64,000 bases of DNA, taken from the NCBI GenBank assembly GCA_009693175.1, contig SHXT01000005.1, forward strand, positions 2,477 through 66,476, read 5' to 3'. The notes below the pieces were generated by a model. It saw only the letters and a program-made list of their open reading frames with translations, did no database searches and was not told the origin of the DNA. Made by a program: the position numbers and the translations under genes. This stretch comes from Candidatus Methylopumilus sp. Lineage in GTDB: Bacteria > Pseudomonadota > Gammaproteobacteria > Burkholderiales > Methylophilaceae. Positions 32,827 through 42,884 of the stretch are shown here, one piece after another. Position 1 is the first letter of the stretch. Each line of letters opens with the position of its first letter.

Positions 32827-33681
32827 ATGGCAATTAAATCAAAAATAAAAACAACCAAAGCAAAATTAGTTAATAAAGATATTGTGAAGATCGCTGGCAT
32901 TCAAATGGCATCTGGACCAGATATTAAATCGAATCTCGATGAAGCTGAAAATTTAATTACAATCGCATGTAACCAAGGCGCAAAACTCATTGCCTTGCCA
33001 GAATATTTTTCTATCATGACTTCAAAAGACTCTGAGAAATTAAAAGCAAAAGAAAAGCCTGAAAAGGGACTTGTCCAATCTTTCCTATCTAAGCAAGCTA
33101 AAAAAAATAAAGTATGGATTGTAGGTGGATCAATCCCCATGGAATCAAAAAATAAAAAAAAAATTCGAAATAGTTGTTTAATTTATGATGATAAAGGTAA
33201 TATCGCCCATCGATATGACAAAATCCATCTCTTTGGACTTGATTTAGGTAATGAACATTATCGAGAAGATAAATTAATCGAAGCAGGATCTGATGTTGTA
33301 GTGGTTAATACTCCTTTTGGTAATGTAGGAATTGCTCTTTGTTACGACCTTAGATTTCCAGAACTTTTTAGATCAATGAAAGACATTGATTTACTTGTGA
33401 TTCCTTCAGCATTTACAGCAACAACAGGCAAAGCACATTGGGAAATTCTTGTTAGAGCAAGGGCGATAGAAAATCAATGCTACGTTTTAGCTCCGGCTCA
33501 GGGCGGTTATCATTTATCTGGCAGAGAGACTCATGGCCACTCTCTTATTGTAGACCCATGGGGCACGATCATTGATCAACTTCCAAGAGGCTCAGGCGTC
33601 ATTACAGGATTCCTAAATAAAGATTATATTAAATCTATTCGTAAATCCTTGCCTTCACTTAACCATCGCATCATTAAATAA
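32827..33681 (+). CDS. Carbon-nitrogen hydrolase (Nit1/deaminated glutathione amidase-like); start refined to ATG 32827
   Basis: Catalytic triad motifs LPEYF, YDKIHLF, CYDLRFPE; RAIENQCYV; GHSLIVDPWG. Confidence 0.9.
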   Translation: MAIKSKIKTTKAKLVNKDIVKIAGIQMASGPDIKSNLDEAENLITIACNQGAKLIALPEYFSIMTSKDSEKLKAKEKPEKGLVQSFLSKQAKKNKVWIVGGSIPMESKNKKKIRNSCLIYDDKGNIAHRYDKIHLFGLDLGNEHYREDKLIEAGSDVVVVNTPFGNVGIALCYDLRFPELFRSMKDIDLLVIPSAFTATTGKAHWEILVRARAIENQCYVLAPAQGGYHLSGRETHGHSLIVDPWGTIIDQLPRGSGVITGFLNKDYIKSIRKSLPSLNHRIIK

Positions 33682-33690
33682 AATTAGCTA

Positions 33691-35127
33691 ATGGAACATA
33701 GAATCGCATATGCAAAAGATTTACTTCTCACACAATCTGGTATTGAAATTAATGATTTAAATAACATCCTTAATGGCATGATGTCTTATGGAGTTGATTA
33801 CGCTGACCTTTACTTCCAATACAGTAAAAATGAATACTGGGGTCTTGAAGAAGGGCAAGTAAAATCAGGTAACTTTTCAATCGATCAAGGCGTGGGTATA
33901 AGAGCAGTTAATGAGGATAAATCAGCATTTGCTTATTCAGATGATATTTCAATTGAGGCACTTTTTTCTTCATCAAAAGTTGCTAAAGCAATCTCTTCCA
34001 ATCACGCAAATCAGCACCATAAATTAGTCCATACAAAAGTTAGCTCAAATTTATATAGCGCCAAAGATCCACTTTCTATTATTTCATCTGAAACTAAAAT
34101 TAAAATATTAGAAAGACTAGAAAGTTATGCTAAAGAGATGGATGAACGTATTACTAAAGTCACAGCATCTATTGCAGGGGAGTATGAAGTCATTTTCATT
34201 ATTAACAACGAACAAAAAATCGCAGCAGATATTAGACCATTGGTCAGATTGTCTATTAATGTAATTGCTGAGTCTAATGGAAAAAGAGAGCAAGGCTCAT
34301 CAGGGGGGGGTGGTCGCTTTGGATTTGAATACTTTACCGATGAAATATTAAAACAATATGCACATGAAGCTGTTCATCAAGCCACAACGAATCTCAATGC
34401 AAAACCAGCACCTGCTGGAAGTATGACAGTAGTCTTAGGTCCTGGATGGCCTGGCATTCTTCTGCATGAGGCGATTGGACATGGGCTAGAAGGAGACTTT
34501 AACCGAAAAGGAAGTTCTGCATTCAGTAATAAGATTGGGACTCAAGTAGCCGCTAAAAATATTACCGTTGTAGATGATGGAACAATGAAAGATCGAAGGG
34601 GCTCACTTAATATTGATGATGAAGGTAATGAAACACAGCGAACAACTCTTATTGAAAATGGAATTCTTAAAGGCTATCTTCAGGACACATTAAATGCGCG
34701 TCTTATGAATATGCCTATTACTGGTAATGCAAGAAGAGAGTCTTATGCCCATCTGCCTATGCCTAGAATGACTAATACTTACATGTTAAATGGTACAAAA
34801 ACACCTGAAGAAATTATTAAATCAGTACGAAAAGGTATTTATGCAGTAAACTTTAGTGGTGGGCAGGTAGATATTACAAGTGGTAAATTTGTATTTTCTG
34901 CTGCAGAAGCGTGGATGATAGAAAACGGTAAGTTGCTATACCCTGTCAAAGGCGCTACTTTAATAGGTAATGGACCAGATGTATTAAAAAAAGTTAGCAT
35001 GATAGGAAATGATATGTCTTTAGACTCAGGCGTTGGAACTTGTGGCAAAGAAGGTCAAAGCGTTCCTGTTGGTGTAGGTCAACCTACAATTAAAATTGAT
35101 GGTTTAGTAGTGGGTGGAACTGCTTAA
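33691..35127 (+). CDS. tldD: Metalloprotease TldD
   Basis: LLHEAIGHGLEGD, GTCGKEGQSVPVGVGQPT. Confidence 0.97.
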   Translation: MEHRIAYAKDLLLTQSGIEINDLNNILNGMMSYGVDYADLYFQYSKNEYWGLEEGQVKSGNFSIDQGVGIRAVNEDKSAFAYSDDISIEALFSSSKVAKAISSNHANQHHKLVHTKVSSNLYSAKDPLSIISSETKIKILERLESYAKEMDERITKVTASIAGEYEVIFIINNEQKIAADIRPLVRLSINVIAESNGKREQGSSGGGGRFGFEYFTDEILKQYAHEAVHQATTNLNAKPAPAGSMTVVLGPGWPGILLHEAIGHGLEGDFNRKGSSAFSNKIGTQVAAKNITVVDDGTMKDRRGSLNIDDEGNETQRTTLIENGILKGYLQDTLNARLMNMPITGNARRESYAHLPMPRMTNTYMLNGTKTPEEIIKSVRKGIYAVNFSGGQVDITSGKFVFSAAEAWMIENGKLLYPVKGATLIGNGPDVLKKVSMIGNDMSLDSGVGTCGKEGQSVPVGVGQPTIKIDGLVVGGTA

Positions 35128-35129
35128 AA

Positions 35130-35687
35130 TTATAAAACGCGATTTTTATATTCTAAAGTGCGCGTATCAATTTCAATTTTATCTCGAGTATTGCAAAATA
35201 AAGGTACCATCACTTCAAAGCCTGTATTAATTTTTGCCGGCTTCATCACCTTACCTGATGTATCACCCTTGACTGCAGGTTCGGTATAAGTAATTTCACG
35301 AGTCACTGAATTAGGTAGCTCTACCGAAATAGCTTTCCCATTATAGAATTTAACTTCACAAGGCATACCATCTTCTAAGAAATTTAAGGCTTCTGCCATA
35401 TTCTCAGCATCAATTTCATACTGATTATATTCATTATCCATAAATACATATGCAGGATCTGAAAAGTATGAATAAGTAACATCTTTTTTATCTAGTACGA
35501 TTACTTCAAATTTATCACTCGCATTATAAACATTCTCGCTCGGCGCTTCGGTGAGAAGATTTTTCATCTTCATCTTTACAACAGCTGAATTTCGTCCTGA
35601 TTTGTTATATTCAGCCTTTAAAATGACCATAGGGTCATTGCCTACCATAATAACGTTACCAGCACGGAGTTCTTGAGCGATTTTCAT
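35130..35687 (-). CDS. efp: Elongation factor P (Arg32 type)
   Basis: KSGRNSA loop with R32, [13 protein letters not shown]. Confidence 0.98.
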   Translation of the reverse strand: MKIAQELRAGNVIMVGNDPMVILKAEYNKSGRNSAVVKMKMKNLLTEAPSENVYNASDKFEVIVLDKKDVTYSYFSDPAYVFMDNEYNQYEIDAENMAEALNFLEDGMPCEVKFYNGKAISVELPNSVTREITYTEPAVKGDTSGKVMKPAKINTGFEVMVPLFCNTRDKIEIDTRTLEYKNRVL

Positions 35688-35742
35688 ACTAATGATCCTT
35701 GAGAATGCTTACCAAATAAAAGGGTAAAATTATACTCGAAAA

Positions 35743-36846
35743 TTATGTTTCAGAACAATAACTCACCAAACTCTCAACAAAAGAAGTTTTTTTAAAATAA
35801 TAATTACTCTGCTTTAAAGCAAAAGCCTCTATAAACTCTTGGTGCGTAAAAAAATCATGCCATATAACTTGATTGAATATATTGTTTGACCAGTCTTCAG
35901 AAATCTTTATCAAGATTTCTGATAGATGCTCATGGCAATCATTACAGTATCGTTTCAAGAAAGCTTTGAGCTTGATCAAATGAATATTATTTTCTTGAAT
36001 GTAAGGTTGCCAAATAAAAGGTTTCCCTGCCCAAAGTGCCCTCATCCAGCTATCTTCACCACGCACAAAATTGAAATCACAAGACCACAGAAGCTCATCA
36101 AAATCATTGTGACTTAAAAATTGATACGGAAGTACACGGATCATTTTGTAATTTTTTTTAATATTTAAAAGATCCAAGAGGTTTCGAAGAATAAAGCACT
36201 GCACTGGTATTCCCATGCTATCTATTAATTTTAAAAATGCTTCTATTTTTTGCGTGGGATAACAAAAAATTGATATCGAATACATATCAGGATCACCACC
36301 TATTGATTTAATAAATTTCTTTCGACCATCAGTAGATTTAAAAGATTCCCGATGTAAAAATAAATTCTTCTCACGAATGAGGCCGCCAGTTTGATTGGTA
36401 AATCCAGGATAAAAAAAAGTTTTAATGAGTCCAGATTTGGGGTCTATAGATGGTTTTAAATGAAAATCATCTACCCAAGCTTCGGCTGATAAATATTCGA
36501 TAACAATGTATTTACATTTTTCATTTTGAATAAGTGCTTTATAAGAACGGGGCAAATCAATATTAAAAAGATTAAATACAAAAGATGGGGGTGTTGGAAG
36601 CGACTCTGAATCTTCATCAAAATTACAATGATGGATAGTGATTCCCTCAATCATTTGTTTCTTTAAAGAAAGATTTAAAGAAGGTATTAACCTTTGAGTG
36701 GTTATAAAATCGTCTATAAGAAGATGTACTTCAACATTAAAATCGGTCTTAAGTTGTTTTGCTATGCGCCATGCAACACCAATATCACCGAAAAAATCAA
36801 TCACCTTGCAAATTAAATGGCAAGTGATATGGCTTTTATTAGTCAT
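35743..36846 (-). CDS. earP: EF-P arginine-32 rhamnosyltransferase
   Basis: CKVIDFFGDIGVAWR, EYLSAEAWV, FFYPGFT..TGGL, NFVRGEDS; adjacent to efp. Confidence 0.93.
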   Translation of the reverse strand: MTNKSHITCHLICKVIDFFGDIGVAWRIAKQLKTDFNVEVHLLIDDFITTQRLIPSLNLSLKKQMIEGITIHHCNFDEDSESLPTPPSFVFNLFNIDLPRSYKALIQNEKCKYIVIEYLSAEAWVDDFHLKPSIDPKSGLIKTFFYPGFTNQTGGLIREKNLFLHRESFKSTDGRKKFIKSIGGDPDMYSISIFCYPTQKIEAFLKLIDSMGIPVQCFILRNLLDLLNIKKNYKMIRVLPYQFLSHNDFDELLWSCDFNFVRGEDSWMRALWAGKPFIWQPYIQENNIHLIKLKAFLKRYCNDCHEHLSEILIKISEDWSNNIFNQVIWHDFFTHQEFIEAFALKQSNYYFKKTSFVESLVSYCSET

Positions 36847-37324
36847 GATAAGTCACATCAATAATTCTAAAATTAACCAAGCCACCAGGTGTTTCAACCT
36901 TTACTTCGTCATCCAAATTTTTACCTAAAAGTGCTTTAGCAATGGGGGATACCCAGCTAATAAAGCCTTTTTCAGTGTCAATTTCATCTTGTCCTAAAAT
37001 ACGATAATGGTGCTCTGAATCATCTGATTCGTTCAGTAAAGTTACCCATGCACCAAAAAAAATTTTGTCCTGCTGTTCTTGAGTGGATGGATCAATCACC
37101 ACCGCTTCATCAATGCGTCCAAATAAGAATTTTGCGCGCGCATCTATTTGACGTAAACGTTTCTTACCGTATATATAATCTCCGTTCTCGCTTCGATCGC
37201 CATTACTTGCAGCCCAGGAAACATCGGCTACCACTTTAGGGCGATCAACTTTGACTAAAAAATCAAGCTCATCTTTTAGACGTTGATATCCTTGCTTAGT
37301 AATATAATTTTGACGTTTGGCCAT
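36839..37324 (-). CDS. greB: Transcription elongation factor GreB
   Basis: WAASNGDRSENGDYIYGKKRLR.ID, ISWVSPIAKALL. Confidence 0.95.
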   Translation of the reverse strand: MAKRQNYITKQGYQRLKDELDFLVKVDRPKVVADVSWAASNGDRSENGDYIYGKKRLRQIDARAKFLFGRIDEAVVIDPSTQEQQDKIFFGAWVTLLNESDDSEHHYRILGQDEIDTEKGFISWVSPIAKALLGKNLDDEVKVETPGGLVNFRIIDVTYHD

Positions 37325-37367
37325 ATTTTTTAATAATAATTATTGGGGTTAAGTTTACAATAGAAGC

Positions 37368-39971
37368 ATGCATTCTGAGCAAAAGCCTATCTATCTCTGT
37401 CGCAATTCAAAAGAATCTTTCAAGCTTAGCCAACACTTTAATGCTGAAGAAAGAGTACTTTCACTTCATAATTTTATCGACAGTCTTTTTAAAAAACATT
37501 TAAATATCAATATGCCCCCCAGGGTTCTTAACGGTATTGAAGAAAAATTATTATGGGAAAGTAGTATCAAGCAATATAAAAAATCTTCATTTGATTTATC
37601 TAATATAGATAGCTTAAGTGAGACTGCGAACCAAGCAAATCGACTTATAGATCAATTTAATATCAGTGAAAATACTCTCAAGAGTAAAGAGCTTAGTGAA
37701 GAACATGCATTTTTTAATGCTTGGCGTTTAATTTTTAAAAAATATTGCCACGATAAAGATGTGATCACTTTTAATGGCCTTATTAAAATAGTGATAGAGC
37801 ATATTAAAAATCACGATATTTCTATTGAGCACCCTATCACCTTTGTAGGATTTGAATTTACAACTCCGATCGAAGAATTGTTTATTGAAGCATGCAAAAC
37901 TCAAACTGATGTGGTTTTTTTTAAAGGGGCCAAAATAGCACCTTATATTGAGTCGCGTGCTTTTCTAAATCAAGAACATGAGTGTATGTGTGCAGTAGAG
38001 TGGTGCAAAACTCAAATAGAGCATGATAAAAAAATACTTATTGTAACGCCTCAACTCGATCAAATCATCGATCGCCTCTCAAGCCTCCTCGATAAAACGT
38101 TCCATCCTGAAACATTTAAGCCAAGCTTATCCCAAGAAAAAAGAATTTATCAGTTTTCTTTAAATACACCTTTATTTCATTTATCTATGATTTATTTGAA
38201 TCTAAGATTAATAGAATTAGGTGCACGAGGTTTTTCTGATATTAAAGATCTTAAGAGTATATTAAGTCATAGTGGCTGGTCAGATAGTCAAGAGGTCTGT
38301 CAACGCTATAGGCTTATTAATCAATTAGAAAGAAAACGAAGAGGGAATGTTTTAATTAACGATTTAATTGAAATGTTTAAGTCCGAAGACGGTTTGAATG
38401 AATTAACACCCTTTTTAAAGATACATTTAGATCATATACAAACTGCACATAACGAATGGCGAATCAAAAGAAACCCTTCTGAATGGGTTAAAACATTTGA
38501 AATTTATTTAAAAAATATCCAATCCAGTCTTTTAGCCCCCAAAGATACCTATGAAGAAAGTATTTATGAGGCATGGAAGAAAATTACTGAGGCCTTATCA
38601 TCACTAGACAACCTTATGGATGAAATATCTATTCAGGATATGTTAGACACACTTCAGTATTACCTTAAAAAAACTACTCACCAACATGAGCACCAAGGTA
38701 ACTTTAAAATCGATATTTTAGGCTTTCATGAAACCACTTTTGAAACTTATGACGCCACTTGGATTATGAATTTAAATGAACATCACTGGCCTACACCTCA
38801 TCAATATAATCCGTTTATACCAATCAAAATTCAGCATAATAGCCATATTTTCACCCATGAAAAACATCAACAACATGCCATGAAAATCTTAGATAAATTC
38901 ACCCATACCGCACCTACTGTGGTGCTCTCTTATGCTAAAAAAATGGGTGAAGAAGAGATATTTCCGTCGTCTATATTACATACTGTTGTATCTTCTAAAC
39001 TGCTTGAAGATACAAATTATAAATACATAAAAAATATATTAAATCATAATGTTATAGAATATATTGAAGATAATACTTCAATTAAAATTGATGCTTATCA
39101 GACGGTAAAAACAGGCATCAAGCTACTCGAAGCACAATCTATCTGCCCTGCTTGGTCATTTTATGAATTTAGACTTGGTGCTAAACATTTAGAAGTCGAA
39201 GATGAGGGCAATTTAACGACAAGACTACGCGGAAATCTTTTTCATAAAATTCTGGAACAATTTTGGGCGGAATATAACTCAGCATCTCTTGTAAGTGCTT
39301 TGGGTGAAAAAGAACTCTCAAAAAAAATACAAGCCATTACACATAAAGCAATTTCAATAGAAAAGAAAAAGTCCCCCAGAATCATGCCTGAGTTTTTTAA
39401 CATCGAAGAAATACGCATGATAAGTTATCTAGAAAAATGGATTCAACATGAGTTAAAACGAGGTGATTTTGAAGTCAAAGAGACAGAAAAAAATATACCT
39501 GTCCATTTGGGATGCCTCAACTTTAATATAAAAATTGATCGCATCGATAAAGTAAATGAAAGCAAAATTGTGATTGATTACAAATCCGGAGCAACAAAAA
39601 CTCTAAATGAATGGTTCTTAAATAGCTACGGTGAGCTTCAAATGCCCTTTTATGCACTTTTTGCTTCGGATAAACCTATTGACGCCATTGTTATTGGCGT
39701 CATTAACACATCAAAACCTCGCTGGGTCGGTATAGGTCGAGATACAGATCTTCTTAAAGGTATTAAGGATGTTTCCTCGGTCACCCCATATCAATCATGG
39801 GATGAATTGATCGGTTTCTGGAAGTGTCGCATCAATGAGGCCATCAAAGGCTACGAAGAAGGCGATGCAGCCGTTAAATTTGCACGAGAAAAAGATATGG
39901 CTTATTGCCACGTTAAACCTATTCTAAGACTTCCTGAGCGAACGCTCCAATTTGAGCAAACTAAACAATGA
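37368..39971 (+). CDS. AddB/RecC-like DNA repair protein with C-terminal PD-(D/E)XK nuclease
   Basis: Degenerate helicase-like body; CPAWSF, RGNLFH, KIDRID...IDYKSG nuclease motifs; ATGA overlap with the downstream helicase. Confidence 0.85.
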   Translation: MHSEQKPIYLCRNSKESFKLSQHFNAEERVLSLHNFIDSLFKKHLNINMPPRVLNGIEEKLLWESSIKQYKKSSFDLSNIDSLSETANQANRLIDQFNISENTLKSKELSEEHAFFNAWRLIFKKYCHDKDVITFNGLIKIVIEHIKNHDISIEHPITFVGFEFTTPIEELFIEACKTQTDVVFFKGAKIAPYIESRAFLNQEHECMCAVEWCKTQIEHDKKILIVTPQLDQIIDRLSSLLDKTFHPETFKPSLSQEKRIYQFSLNTPLFHLSMIYLNLRLIELGARGFSDIKDLKSILSHSGWSDSQEVCQRYRLINQLERKRRGNVLINDLIEMFKSEDGLNELTPFLKIHLDHIQTAHNEWRIKRNPSEWVKTFEIYLKNIQSSLLAPKDTYEESIYEAWKKITEALSSLDNLMDEISIQDMLDTLQYYLKKTTHQHEHQGNFKIDILGFHETTFETYDATWIMNLNEHHWPTPHQYNPFIPIKIQHNSHIFTHEKHQQHAMKILDKFTHTAPTVVLSYAKKMGEEEIFPSSILHTVVSSKLLEDTNYKYIKNILNHNVIEYIEDNTSIKIDAYQTVKTGIKLLEAQSICPAWSFYEFRLGAKHLEVEDEGNLTTRLRGNLFHKILEQFWAEYNSASLVSALGEKELSKKIQAITHKAISIEKKKSPRIMPEFFNIEEIRMISYLEKWIQHELKRGDFEVKETEKNIPVHLGCLNFNIKIDRIDKVNESKIVIDYKSGATKTLNEWFLNSYGELQMPFYALFASDKPIDAIVIGVINTSKPRWVGIGRDTDLLKGIKDVSSVTPYQSWDELIGFWKCRINEAIKGYEEGDAAVKFAREKDMAYCHVKPILRLPERTLQFEQTKQ

Positions 39972-42613
39972 GTGACAATACATTAAGAAAGAAAGCGCTT
40001 GATTTAAGCTCATTTATTGTAGAGGCTCCTGCAGGCTCTGGCAAAACAAGCTTACTCACTGATCGATATTTAAAACTTCTTACTATCGTCGACACGCCTG
40101 AAGAGATTTTAGCTATTACCTTCACAAAGAAAGCAGCTTCAGAAATGAAAGCTAGAATTTTAGAGCGGATTAAGAAAGGGGACGGCACTTTCGCAAAAAT
40201 TATTCTAGAGCGCTCAAAGGAAAAAGGCTGGGACATCGAACGCAACCTGTCACGACTTAAAGTAATGACTATCGATAAGTTTTGTCATCAAGTCGTAGGC
40301 CAGATTCCTGTATTAAGTAAGATGGGTGATAAACTCAATATTACTGATACGCCTGAAAAATTTTATGAAGAATGTGTCAAAAAAGTTTTGCAGTCTAAAG
40401 AGAGTATCAAAGATATTAATATCGTCTTTACTCACTATGACAATGAATATGAAAATATTAATCGTCGCCTAATAGCGATGATGTCAACCCGAGATCAATG
40501 GAAAAATCGCTGCTATAAGCTTACTCAAAAAAAAAATGAACAAATTATTATTGAAAGTAATGCATATCTTGATCATTTAATTGAGCCTATTTATCAGCAG
40601 ATTAAAGAAACACTCAATCGAGAAGCGCTCAGTGGCCTCATGCAAGTAATTCATTATCTTAAAGATACTAATCTCAGAGAAGATTTACAGATTAAGGATA
40701 AAATTAGCTTTAATTTTGACACAAAAGAAATTACTTTATGGCAAGCAATCACAGAAATATTATTCACAGATAAAAATACTAGGCGAGAAAAAATTACGGC
40801 ACGAGAAGGCTTTAAGAACGATGAAGAAGGTGAGATTTACAAAAATAAATGTCGCAATTTACCTGAGATCAATTTCTTAACAGCTATTAAAGATATTCCA
40901 CCTCCTATTAATGAAGCATATGTAATAAAACTAAAATCTATTGCGAACCTTCTCCTGCAATGTGAAAAAAGGCTAAAACTGCTATTTAGACAGCGGAATA
41001 CGGTAGATTTTATCGAAATCATTGAGATTGCAAATGAGGCACTAGGTAGAAATGAATCAGTGAGCGAACTCTTATTGTCTTTAGATTACAAAATATCACA
41101 CATACTTATTGATGAATTTCAAGACACAAGCAGAAGTCATTTTAATTTTTTAAAAAAAATTGTGGATGGCTGGACGCCTGAAGCACAGAAAACTATTTTC
41201 TGCGTAGGCGATCCTATGCAATCTATTTATAAATTTAGAGAAGCTGATGTAAGTATATTTACCGAGGCGAAAAAGCAGGGTTTCAATACGATTCCATTAG
41301 AAACTATACAGCTAAAAGATAATTGGCGCTCTTCTTCTCTTATCGTGAATGAAATAAATCAAGTATTTGAGAAAATATTACCTAAGGAAGATTCTATTCA
41401 AGCAGGTGCCATAAGCTACAAACCTTTTATCTCGGCAAAAAAAGATCGTGACCTAAGAATAAGTAAATTTAAATTTCATGCATTAACATTTTCTGATATC
41501 ACTAAAGATATCGATATTGAGGAAGCAAAGTACGTATGTAATCTGATTGATACGTTTTCAAAAAATGAAAAAATTGCTATTCTCACAAGATCAAGAAGCC
41601 ATCTCTCTGAGTTGATCAACTACATACGAAAGTTTAGGCCCACTTTAAAGTTTAATGCGGTAGAAATTGACGCCTTAGATCAGCATCAGTCTATTCACGA
41701 TATTCTTTCCTTAAGTTACGCTATTCTTGACTTAAGTGACAGAATTCACTGGCTTGCAATTTTAAGGGCTCCTTGGTGTGGCATTATATTAAACGACCTA
41801 GCTCTTCTATTCCAAGATGACCACATATCAACCGTATGGGAGATTATTCATGATCCAAATAAAATGAATAAAATTTCTACGGATGGAAAAATGAGAATTC
41901 AACGTTTAATAGACATATTAAAAAATGCATTTGAACATAAAAATAAAATACATATTAGAAGGCTTATAGAATCAGTATGGATAAATTTAGGTGGCGAATT
42001 ATGCCTTCACAACCCAAATGACATTGTAGACATTAATAAATTTTTTGCCATCCTCCAAACATCAAGCTCTCCGATAGCTATCGATTTTGAATTAGTTGAG
42101 CATCAAATTACCGAAACTTATTTATCTGACATTCCTTCAGCTGAAGAACGAATCCAGTTTTTTACAATCCATAAAGCCAAAGGTCTTGAATTTGACACAG
42201 TCATTATCCCGTCATTGAATTCGACTACACGAGCATCCGATAAAAAAATGATTGTGTTCGATCATTTTATAAAAAATGATCATACTTATGATGTCACAGC
42301 ATTTAGTGAGCCTGAAAATAAATCGCCCCATTTACATGATTTAATTTATGGAATAGAAAAAAATAAAGAAGAAAATGAATTGAAGAGATTGCTTTATGTT
42401 GCTATGACAAGAGCAAAAAAGAATCTTCATCTTGTAGGATCAATCAAATTTAAGGATGAAATAAAGCCTACTTCGAATTCATTTTTATCTATGCTCTGGG
42501 ATATTTATGGCCATCATTTCAATAAATCTAAGTCTATAGAAACTATTAAAATTGAAACTCTGAACGCTAAAATTGAGGACTTCGTACCAAAGCTCATGCG
42601 ATTGAAATTTTAG
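39968..42613 (+). CDS. AddA/RecB-like UvrD-family helicase (no C-terminal nuclease domain seen)
   Basis: APAGSGKT, AITFTKKAASEM, DEFQDT, VGDPMQSIYKFR, TIHKAKGLEFD, LYVAMTRAK. Confidence 0.88.
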   Translation: MSDNTLRKKALDLSSFIVEAPAGSGKTSLLTDRYLKLLTIVDTPEEILAITFTKKAASEMKARILERIKKGDGTFAKIILERSKEKGWDIERNLSRLKVMTIDKFCHQVVGQIPVLSKMGDKLNITDTPEKFYEECVKKVLQSKESIKDINIVFTHYDNEYENINRRLIAMMSTRDQWKNRCYKLTQKKNEQIIIESNAYLDHLIEPIYQQIKETLNREALSGLMQVIHYLKDTNLREDLQIKDKISFNFDTKEITLWQAITEILFTDKNTRREKITAREGFKNDEEGEIYKNKCRNLPEINFLTAIKDIPPPINEAYVIKLKSIANLLLQCEKRLKLLFRQRNTVDFIEIIEIANEALGRNESVSELLLSLDYKISHILIDEFQDTSRSHFNFLKKIVDGWTPEAQKTIFCVGDPMQSIYKFREADVSIFTEAKKQGFNTIPLETIQLKDNWRSSSLIVNEINQVFEKILPKEDSIQAGAISYKPFISAKKDRDLRISKFKFHALTFSDITKDIDIEEAKYVCNLIDTFSKNEKIAILTRSRSHLSELINYIRKFRPTLKFNAVEIDALDQHQSIHDILSLSYAILDLSDRIHWLAILRAPWCGIILNDLALLFQDDHISTVWEIIHDPNKMNKISTDGKMRIQRLIDILKNAFEHKNKIHIRRLIESVWINLGGELCLHNPNDIVDINKFFAILQTSSSPIAIDFELVEHQITETYLSDIPSAEERIQFFTIHKAKGLEFDTVIIPSLNSTTRASDKKMIVFDHFIKNDHTYDVTAFSEPENKSPHLHDLIYGIEKNKEENELKRLLYVAMTRAKKNLHLVGSIKFKDEIKPTSNSFLSMLWDIYGHHFNKSKSIETIKIETLNAKIEDFVPKLMRLKF

Positions 42614-42624
42614 CTAAATATTCT

Positions 42625-42882
42625 TTATTCCATTTTAAATTCCTGAATGGAAGTTAGCAGCCCGCCTTTAATGTAAAGAATACCTCTTTCATAGATCCAC
42701 TCTTCATCTGTACCATTGCTTCTTACAATAATTTTCTTATCTTTAGGCTTCCCCCATGTTGAATGATTTAGAATAAATTCTGATGAATCGCCTATCGCAG
42801 GGTCTCTATTTGAATGAAAAGATGGATTTAAAGAACAACTACAAAAACTAAGAAAATAAAGAATGATTAATATTTTTTTCAT
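42625..42882 (-). CDS. Small putative lipoprotein, 85 aa
   Basis: MKK plus hydrophobic stretch and Cys (LSFCSC); WGKP...EEWIY...LYIKGG pattern; starts 2 nt after the mfd stop. Confidence 0.6.
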   Translation of the reverse strand: MKKILIILYFLSFCSCSLNPSFHSNRDPAIGDSSEFILNHSTWGKPKDKKIIVRSNGTDEEWIYERGILYIKGGLLTSIQEFKME

Positions 42883-42884
42883 AT

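Noticed and set aside
34303-34310. G8 homopolymer in tldD as a phase-variation tract
   Set aside because: In frame and encodes the conserved SGGGGR motif; a single sequence gives no sign of length variation.
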